DNA of 64,000 nucleotides from Spirochaetota bacterium. Lineage in GTDB: Bacteria; Spirochaetota; UBA4802; UBA5550. The position numbers and the translations under genes were made by a program. The stretch lies in the NCBI GenBank assembly GCA_963663865.1, contig OY760686.1, positions 2,976,001 to 3,040,000 of the forward strand. Reading direction: 5' to 3'. The notes beneath the pieces are model-generated. The model was not told the origin of the DNA. It was given only the letters and a program-made list of their open reading frames with translations, and made no database searches. Shown here piece by piece: positions 31,392 to 38,645 of the stretch. Each line of letters begins with the position of its first letter. The first letter of the stretch is position 1.

Positions 31392-32270
31392 CTACAGCCA
31401 GACGGTCAAACCAGCCTGAAATCCGCTCAAACGCGAATCAATTGAATCGGAATAAAGCGCCCTGTAACCGGCAAAAATTTCAAGCCTGTTAAACATCACC
31501 CCCAAGCGTACATCAGTTTCATTGTAGGTTATATTGCTGAATCCAATCACACCCTGTTTCAATGTCAAAACAAGCGGCTTCACAGGATAGATACGGAGTT
31601 TTACTCCCACAGTATAGCCATCCTTATGCATCATATCTCTCATGCCTGCCCATCCGCCGTAAACGTCCGGAGAAAAATAATCGAACTGGCAGATTGAAAT
31701 ATTCAGACCTGCAGTAAAAAGAAAGAGGTTTCCATCTGAATCATTACAACCTCGCGCTTCAAGCTCCGGACCAATAAAGCTGTAAAACTTTCCGCTTAAT
31801 CCGGCATATCCGCAGTTAACACTGTCACCAGCGTAATGAAAGCCAAGCGAAAGGGCGTAGTAAAACGGATAAACTTCATCCGGCATCTTCTTCCGATCGG
31901 TAAAAAGTTTATCCATGAAATCTGGTGAGTCATCTTCCGCTATGACCTGTTCGGTTGTGTCGACCGGTGGCCTCATCAGATATACAAAATTATGATCATT
32001 ATCTGACATACTGTATGGATACCTCAAAAACCAGACACGGGCATTAAAACCTGCCCAGCAACTGAATCCGGTTTCCATACATGTTTCCATACATGCTTTG
32101 GAACAACCTCCATTTGATCCTCGATTAGATGCAGATGATCTTCCTCCTCTTGAAGCACTGTTCGTCTCATCAGAAAATTCCTTGAGACCGGCATGGAGGG
32201 AAACATCAGACAAAAGAAATAAAACGAAACCAACAAAAAGTACAGTCTTCAAATTGCATATCAATCTCAC
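31392..32270 (-). CDS. Hypothetical exported/outer-membrane protein with Cys-rich N-terminal segment
   Basis: Signal peptide; CSKACMETCMETGFSC; amphipathic C-terminal strands ending AGLTVWL; start uncertain (track gives 32333). Confidence 0.55.
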   Translation of the reverse strand: MRLICNLKTVLFVGFVLFLLSDVSLHAGLKEFSDETNSASRGGRSSASNRGSNGGCSKACMETCMETGFSCWAGFNARVWFLRYPYSMSDNDHNFVYLMRPPVDTTEQVIAEDDSPDFMDKLFTDRKKMPDEVYPFYYALSLGFHYAGDSVNCGYAGLSGKFYSFIGPELEARGCNDSDGNLFLFTAGLNISICQFDYFSPDVYGGWAGMRDMMHKDGYTVGVKLRIYPVKPLVLTLKQGVIGFSNITYNETDVRLGVMFNRLEIFAGYRALYSDSIDSRLSGFQAGLTVWL

Positions 32271-32413
32271 GGTCACATCCTTTTTAAACTGTTGTTGTTT
32301 ACTGAAACAGATTTGGCGTGCAATTACGCTCAAATATTTGCCTGAACTTCATGTTAAATCCCTTTGTTTATCAACGCTGTCCCTGAAGCTCCCCCGATTT
32401 ACAGGACAGATAG

Positions 32414-33274
32414 TTAAACAACATTTTTAAGTTTGAGCATATTTATTTCATATTCCACAGGATTTAAACAGTCAAGAAAATAATGCTGTCTTTTTCTGTT
32501 ATAAAAAACAGCTATATATTCAAATATGTAAGACCTTGCTTCCTCTCTGGTTTTATATTTTCTACGATAAACTTCTTCAGTCTTTAATGTTGCAAAAAAG
32601 CTTTCAGCACATGCATTGTCCCAGCAGTTACCTTTCCGGCTCATGCTTTGAATCATCTCGTATCCTTTAAGTGCTGTTCGAAAATCATCACAGGCATATT
32701 GAGTTCCCCGATCAGAATGGAATATTAATCCATCATCAGGATTGCGATGAGTGACAGCCATATTTAATGAATCAATTACCAACTCTGCCCGCATATGAGA
32801 CTCCATTGCCCATCCGACAATCATTCGAGAGAACAGGTCAATTATAACAGATAGATACAGCCATCCTTCCATCGTCCATATATAGGTGATATCGCTTACC
32901 CAATAGGTGTTGGGTTGCTGCACATCAAACTGCCTATTGAGAAGGTTTGGTGCCACTGGATATTCTTGATCTGAATTGGTAGTAACCTTAAATTTGCGTT
33001 TTTGTGCACCTTTAAGATCGTTCCTTTGCATGAGTCGAGCTACTCGTTTCTTTGAGGTTTTGATTCCCTTCTTCTTAATATCTTTAAAGACCCTGGGGCT
33101 GCCGTATGTTTCTCTGCTTTCTTCATGACTCTTTTTGATTATAACAAGTAATTCCTGATCTCGAAGCTCACGAGAGCAAGGTTTTGAATTCAGCCATTTG
33201 TAATATTGACTTCTGGGTATTCTAAATGTTTCAGCCATCTTCTTCACCGGATAAATCGATTCATTGTTTTTCAT
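32414..33274 (-). CDS. IS3 transposase OrfB (DDE integrase core)
   Basis: YGSPR, WVSDITY, HSDRGTQY and GNCWDNACAESFF motifs; DDE triad intact. Confidence 0.93.
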   Translation of the reverse strand: MKNNESIYPVKKMAETFRIPRSQYYKWLNSKPCSRELRDQELLVIIKKSHEESRETYGSPRVFKDIKKKGIKTSKKRVARLMQRNDLKGAQKRKFKVTTNSDQEYPVAPNLLNRQFDVQQPNTYWVSDITYIWTMEGWLYLSVIIDLFSRMIVGWAMESHMRAELVIDSLNMAVTHRNPDDGLIFHSDRGTQYACDDFRTALKGYEMIQSMSRKGNCWDNACAESFFATLKTEEVYRRKYKTREEARSYIFEYIAVFYNRKRQHYFLDCLNPVEYEINMLKLKNVV

Positions 33275-33573
33275 GAATTCGAATTTCTCCTTTCGGGTTG
33301 TGAAAAGATGGCCATTGCTTTTTTTAATATATCACGCTCCATACGAAGATCTGCGTTCTCTTTTTTCAAACGTGTTATTTCTTCATCTCGCGGATTTCCT
33401 TTCCCTGGAAAAACTTTTTTGGTTTCATTGGCAAATTCCTTTTTCCAGCGTGACAAGAGATCAGATTTAATCCCCAGATTATCGGCGACCGCAGAAGCTG
33501 TTTTGCCGCTCTCTTTCAGTAATTTTACTGCATCAATTTTGAATTGACGATCATACGTTCTTCTGTTAGTCAT
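33271..33573 (-). CDS. IS3 transposase OrfA (HTH)
   Basis: YDRQFKIDAV, LGI...LSRW and ERDILKKA motifs; ATGA overlap with orfB. Confidence 0.92.
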   Translation of the reverse strand: MTNRRTYDRQFKIDAVKLLKESGKTASAVADNLGIKSDLLSRWKKEFANETKKVFPGKGNPRDEEITRLKKENADLRMERDILKKAMAIFSQPERRNSNS

Positions 33574-33647
33574 GGGTTTCTCCGTTAAGTTTATTATCGT
33601 TAAATTCGCTTAACTTCGTGTCCACTTTTTCGGGGTAGGTTCATGGA

Positions 33648-33815
33648 GAGTAATTTCCACATAGCATTATGTCAGTTTTACATAACCGAGAGTGATTTCA
33701 ACATAGCATTATGTCAGTTTTACATAACCGTGAGTGATTTCAACATAGCATTATGTCAGTTTTACATAACCGTGAGTGATTTCAACATAGCATTATGTCA
33801 GTTTTACATAACCGC
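33648..33815. repeat. Tandem repeat, 4 x 42 bp
   Basis: Unit GAGTGATTTCAACATAGCATTATGTCAGTTTTACATAACCGN at 33648, 33690, 33732 and 33774; the first copy has two extra substitutions. Confidence 0.95.
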
Positions 33816-33852
33816 GTAGAGACGCCCCAATTGGGCGTCTCTACGCGGTTAT
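33808..33852. repeat. GTAG-type REP-like palindrome
   Basis: ATAACCGCGTAGAGACGCCC-CAATT-GGGCGTCTCTACGCGGTTAT, a perfect 20-bp stem containing GTAG...CTAC. Confidence 0.75.
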
Positions 33853-33927
33853 TCGTTGTCTTTACATTGCAAGCGCCGTGGACACTCAATCAGGTAATTA
33901 TCCTCCCCCACAAAAAAACAATACCTC

Positions 33928-35124
33928 TCAATCAGGTTCGATTGAAAGCAGGAGATACTTTTCAGAGTGGCCGTAACCCTTGCCCGGTTCAGGGAATGCG
34001 GCAACAAGTGATATCCAGTAGTCGTTGACCTTGACGCGGCTGAAACGGGTTGATGTATTGTAAAGTGTCACATCTTCGTGGAGGGACGGGCGTTTTATGA
34101 AGGTAAGCAGCGTTTCAACCCTTCCCTCACCAATGCACGCTTCGTCCTCATCAAGACACTCACTGATGTCAATTCTTTGACAATTCAAGGAAAAATCACC
34201 GGTATCAAGATATTCCATCTCTCTAATCCTGAAAGGAGTACCGTCGAATTTCATTGTGTCCGTTTCGGTGTCGGGCTCTATCAGAAAAACAGCTTTATCA
34301 TTATCGCCTGTGTCTGACAGAGGGTTTTTCGTCATGGAAACCAGCTTTATGGAATACCCGAAGAGATAGTTTACACTCTGTCCGTTCAGGCTGTTGTCTC
34401 CAATCAGGAACTCCCGCCTCTGCATTGAACCGAGCTTATCATAGTAATCGTTCTGAACTGGCTTTTGCCCATAATAAAAGGCGCATCTGGCCGTGTTCTC
34501 TGAAGCACTCGCCGTCAACAGCCTGAATGAAAATGTCTCGTTGCCATCCACGATATAGGCTATATCGCCGGGACTGATTTCGAACTCACGTCCCAACTGG
34601 AAGTCTGTGTATCCCGGCTTGCTCGGGTTTTCCCAGAGCAGCAGCCTCGTGTCAAATGATTCGGTCAGAGAATAGTATGTATAGGTGTCGCTGTATCCCG
34701 CAGTATCATAACTTAAGCCGTATGATTCATATAATCCCCGCCTGTAGTTCGCAATCATTAGAAGCCTGTTCCAGACTCTTTCAGGACCCATATCGAGAAA
34801 CAGAAAATCCGATCCTCCTCCAGGAAGAGAGAGCAGATGGACCTCTAAAGGCTCATGGTATTTCGGTATAGCGTCATATACGATATTTTTTACTTCGTCA
34901 GGCATCTCTTTGAACGGAAGATCGGACCTGTGAATCTCTATATCTTTATAGTCTTCTTCGTCAACCCCTGAGACACCTCCAGCCCCCACCATTACACATG
35001 AGCCCATAGTCAGAGAACAGGCAATCATACTCAGAAAAATTATTTGTATTCGATGAACAAAAGGTCGCATTACCGAACTCACAATTGATATCATTTCCTG
35101 GTTTCCCCCTTTCTCAGTCAGCAT
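33928..35124 (-). CDS. Hypothetical lipoprotein (paralogue of 25731..26819; start uncertain)
   Basis: Hydrophobic N-terminus with candidate lipobox Cys; shares MGPxxVWNR, YLFGY and AFPxP with the paralogue. Confidence 0.7.
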   Translation of the reverse strand: MLTEKGGNQEMISIVSSVMRPFVHRIQIIFLSMIACSLTMGSCVMVGAGGVSGVDEEDYKDIEIHRSDLPFKEMPDEVKNIVYDAIPKYHEPLEVHLLSLPGGGSDFLFLDMGPERVWNRLLMIANYRRGLYESYGLSYDTAGYSDTYTYYSLTESFDTRLLLWENPSKPGYTDFQLGREFEISPGDIAYIVDGNETFSFRLLTASASENTARCAFYYGQKPVQNDYYDKLGSMQRREFLIGDNSLNGQSVNYLFGYSIKLVSMTKNPLSDTGDNDKAVFLIEPDTETDTMKFDGTPFRIREMEYLDTGDFSLNCQRIDISECLDEDEACIGEGRVETLLTFIKRPSLHEDVTLYNTSTRFSRVKVNDYWISLVAAFPEPGKGYGHSEKYLLLSIEPD

Positions 35125-35313
35125 ATTATCTTACCGCTTTTTGTCCCCCCTCCAGAGACACTGCGGCGAACCCGAATTCTCATAGGTATATCAAACTAAC
35201 CACCGTTTTATATGCAGATGTTGATTGACATGTAAAGTTTTTTTTGACACATATGCCATGATTCGCTCTTGCTTTCTGCTGCAGGCGAAACAAATACAAC
35301 TCTGGAGATAATC

Positions 35314-35784
35314 ATGAAAAAGTTCTCTTTCCTCGTGCTCGTTTTGTGCTTTGCTGCTGTAAGCTGTAAAATGCTTCCCAAACCTGAAGAGATGAAGGCT
35401 GACATAGCGGGTTTCGAACTTCCAAGGCTGCCTGAAGAAGGCAAAGCGCTGGTCTATGTAGTAAGACCCAATGCTATAGGCGGTTTAATCAGGTTCAACG
35501 TCTTTATCGATGACAAGCTGGTTGACTCCGAAATGGGATTCACAAGGGGAAACCAGTACATATACTTCAACCTGCAGCCGGGCCCGCATACAATCCTCTC
35601 CAAAGCTGAAAACTGGGCGGAATATCCCGTAAACGCAGAGCCGGGAGACATCATCTTCATTGAGCAGGTCCCTGCGATGGGCTTTGTAATGGCGAGGAAC
35701 TCACTCAAGGCAATCGAGGATTACGCTGGCAAGTATCACGTCAAACACCTGGCGCCGGGCACCATCAAAAAACTCGATAAGTAA
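35314..35784 (+). CDS. DUF2846-like lipoprotein
   Basis: Lipobox AVSC; KALVYVVRP...YIYFNLQPGPHTI. Confidence 0.75.
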   Translation: MKKFSFLVLVLCFAAVSCKMLPKPEEMKADIAGFELPRLPEEGKALVYVVRPNAIGGLIRFNVFIDDKLVDSEMGFTRGNQYIYFNLQPGPHTILSKAENWAEYPVNAEPGDIIFIEQVPAMGFVMARNSLKAIEDYAGKYHVKHLAPGTIKKLDK

Positions 35785-35843
35785 GGGAGGCCTGAGCCTG
35801 TCGAAGACAACGCTCATCAGTTAAACCATTATCTTTTGACGCT

Positions 35844-35876
35844 CACAGGCCCGGATTTAGGGTTTCCGGGCCTGTG
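35844..35876 (+). terminator. Probable intrinsic terminator
   Basis: CACAGGCCCGGA...TCCGGGCCTGTG, 12-bp stem followed by CTTT. Confidence 0.6.
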
Positions 35877-36040
35877 CTTTCGCGGGAAAGTTACAAATCA
35901 TATTGATTCATATGCTCCAATCCGATTTTCCTTGACATGTTTTTCTTTCTGACACCATAAAAGATCAGCAGAGCGCCTATCTTGCGCCTGTCTCCCCGCA
36001 GCATTCAGACGTGAACAATACATTTTCCTGGAGAGTTATT

Positions 36041-36601
36041 ATGAAGAAGACTCATCGTCCGTTATATTTTATTTTTTTCGCCCTGACGGTTCTATCCCTG
36101 TTGTCCTTTACAGCCTGCGGCTCAGCAGTTAAACGTCAAATATCAGACGGCAACTACGATCAGGCTGAGACCCTGCTCAGACAGGATGGATATGAAGGAA
36201 GCCACCTTTATAAAGAGATGGGCGATAAATGCCTCAGCACCGGGAAAACAGTCATGGCGCTTGACTACTATGTAAAGTCCGGGATGTCGGAAGAAGACGC
36301 CAGCATAACAATAGCCAGTTCCATAGTAATGCCTGGCGAAAGAGACATTCAGAAATACATCAATCACTCTTCATACAGAAACTACCTCACAATGATGCAA
36401 AAGATTAACCGCACCCGCCGTCACCGGGACCTGAACGCGAGAAAACACGCTATAAATGCCTTTAAAATATACAAGGAAGGTTCCTGGCCTTCAGCAGGAC
36501 CCGCTGTTCTTGCCGAATACATGAAATCAATCGACGCAAAAATCAAGAGCAAAGCGGTAAAAATAAGATTTGAGTACAGGCAAAGCAAGAAGGGGAAGTA
36601 A
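36041..36601 (+). CDS. Hypothetical lipoprotein
   Basis: Lipobox FTAC; GGAG RBS before ATG 36041. Confidence 0.6.
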   Translation: MKKTHRPLYFIFFALTVLSLLSFTACGSAVKRQISDGNYDQAETLLRQDGYEGSHLYKEMGDKCLSTGKTVMALDYYVKSGMSEEDASITIASSIVMPGERDIQKYINHSSYRNYLTMMQKINRTRRHRDLNARKHAINAFKIYKEGSWPSAGPAVLAEYMKSIDAKIKSKAVKIRFEYRQSKKGK

Positions 36602-36996
36602 GTTTATGCCAGCCCGCGCCGTCAGACGCGGACGATGCAGTAACTCTGCCGGTTTTTAATGGTATCACCTGTCACTGCGCTCACTAATGCAGGAAAAGAG
36701 ATTGTCATTATTCTCTCATCCTGCATTAGCACCTCTCCGTATGTTAGAAATGGCTGATTTTTGGAGAATATCCGCTATAATCTGCCTCTGCCGAAATCAC
36801 ACCTGAAAGAAAAACATCCTATCTACTCTGAATTCAATTAAATCCTGCAATACAAAATAAAACAAAAAAATCCATTATGCAAAATATATTAACCATATTG
36901 CAAAGCAGCTTTTTATTAAAATACCTATATTAGCGTCGTATGCAGCATGATAAGCTCTGCGTTGAGCGGAGCAGCATTCAGTAAAACAACAAAAAG

Positions 36997-38292
36997 GTGA
37001 CGCAAATGATTAACACGGCCGAATGCATAACTGTTAAAGAATACTTCAACAGCTCTGAATTCATAATGGACATGAAGAACAACAACCTCTCAACCGACGA
37101 AGCAAAATCCGTTTACTATCGATGTATAAACAGGGAAGAAAACAACAGGATAAGTATCATATCAAAGATATCCTCAAACATGGGGGTTGACGCCTCGACC
37201 GAGAAAAACCTTCACGATATTAAAAACAGAGAGCAGTTCAGAATAAAGCTCGAGATTTTCAGGCGCGAATCACTTATGAGCATTGAAAACACGATTCTTG
37301 ACTGCCTAAAGTTTAACAGGTTGTCACTCAGAAAATTGCAGGAAACCTCGGCCTTTATTGAAACCATATTGGAAGATCTTAAAGGAAAATCAAAGGAGCA
37401 CTTTCTTATTTTCGGCAGTACAGGCTGCGAACCAGCGGCAGCATATCACAACCTGATGAGAGACTACGCCAGAAAAGGCATTTCAGATCTCCTTTACCTT
37501 TCTGAGCTTCTGTACAGAAAATCAAAGGGCGTGCCGCTCACAAACAGCAAAAACAGCATGATCGAATTATGCGGAGCGTGGCTTGCTGTTATTAACGAGT
37601 ACAAACACTTCAATGAACAGTTTATTCCGTTCTATCAATCGAATGAAAAGTTTTTGACATCATTGTTTCATGGGAAAACATCCATACGTAATGATCATAC
37701 CGAAAAAGACAGAATAGTCAGGGAACTTATCATCAGCTGCCCCCCTGAAGAACGCGAAAAAATACTCGCTGAGCTTTCATCTCAGGCGATTCTCATGGAT
37801 TCAGCAAGAAAGATGATGAAATCCGCTCACTCATTTCTTCAGACTTATTACCACGAGATACTGAAAAAACACATAGAGGTGCACCGCTACCTTCAGGACA
37901 GCGTGTGCGATTGCGGCAGGTTCCATCCCCGGAATAACAATACCAGAATGCTCTTCGTTTCATTTGCCGTCATACTGAAGGACATCAAAGCAAGGCATGT
38001 TCAATATCAGGAGAAAAACTTGATAAACTTCGGAATAGGGGGATTGACCTACTCCGATATAACAAAAAGGCTGATTCTCACGATTGAAGTGCTTCACTCA
38101 GCCTATCTGCAGCTTGCCAATATTTCGGTTGCTCCAGCCATGTCAAAAAAATTCTGTATATCGGGCAGCAATACTATTGTAACGATCAAAGGCGAAAAAA
38201 AGGCGATTCCCTTCACAACAGCAAGGGACTTTTGCAGAAACAGGCTTAATGAACTTAAAGATGAAATTCAGTTTATCAGGAATCCGGGATGA
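36997..38292 (+). CDS. Hypothetical cytoplasmic, largely helical protein
   Basis: 431-aa ORF with no signal peptide and no motif I recognise. Confidence 0.6.
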   Translation: MTQMINTAECITVKEYFNSSEFIMDMKNNNLSTDEAKSVYYRCINREENNRISIISKISSNMGVDASTEKNLHDIKNREQFRIKLEIFRRESLMSIENTILDCLKFNRLSLRKLQETSAFIETILEDLKGKSKEHFLIFGSTGCEPAAAYHNLMRDYARKGISDLLYLSELLYRKSKGVPLTNSKNSMIELCGAWLAVINEYKHFNEQFIPFYQSNEKFLTSLFHGKTSIRNDHTEKDRIVRELIISCPPEEREKILAELSSQAILMDSARKMMKSAHSFLQTYYHEILKKHIEVHRYLQDSVCDCGRFHPRNNNTRMLFVSFAVILKDIKARHVQYQEKNLINFGIGGLTYSDITKRLILTIEVLHSAYLQLANISVAPAMSKKFCISGSNTIVTIKGEKKAIPFTTARDFCRNRLNELKDEIQFIRNPG

Positions 38293-38645
38293 TAAGCCTG
38301 GAAAGACTTTGCATGAAGTTCCGGAAGAACAATACGCATTATATGCTGGTCACCAGGTTCCGAACGCAGGTTCAGCTCATAACGCTTTTATCCGCAGACC
38401 GCGGAGGTGTTCCCTATATTGAGCCGATCACAGACCTGCGTTCGAAACCGAGATCATACCCTGTTCCCCCGCCGAAGGCGGGGGAACATACCGATTTGTA
38501 CAATGGAACGGGAGCACATTGACCGGCCATGTCCGTGAACAAGAACTGAGTTTCTTCACATAATCTTTGTTTATAAAACTTTGATAATTGACTTTTTGAG
38601 GAGAGCATTTAAGGGTATTCATATCTATGCAATGCAAAAAATGCC

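Larger units (their letters stand above)
32384..33643 (-). mobile_element. IS3-family insertion sequence, 1260 bp
   Basis: Imperfect terminal IRs TGAAGCTCCCCCGATTTACAGGACA / TGAACCTACCCCGAAAAAGTGGACA with 5'-TG...CA-3' ends; orfA+orfB; A7G slippery site at 33318-33325; visibly more AT-rich than the housekeeping genes. Confidence 0.92.

Noticed and set aside
33648-33815. CRISPR array
   Set aside because: The units are contiguous and near-identical with no unique spacers, and there are no cas genes in the window.
27003-33819. A complete graspetide RiPP cluster (ATP-grasp + C39 + repeat precursor)
   Set aside because: The ligase is RLAN/RimK type rather than a recognisable graspetide synthetase. 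The repeat ORF is on the other strand beyond an IS, has no leader, and shows only non-synonymous variation. Kept only as a weak hypothesis.
38356-38449. Integron attC site, SRP RNA or 6S RNA
   Set aside because: The ends do not fit RYYYAAC/GTTRRRY with an unpaired spacer, there is no integron integrase in the window, the SRP domain-IV motif is absent, and it is too short for typical 6S RNA.
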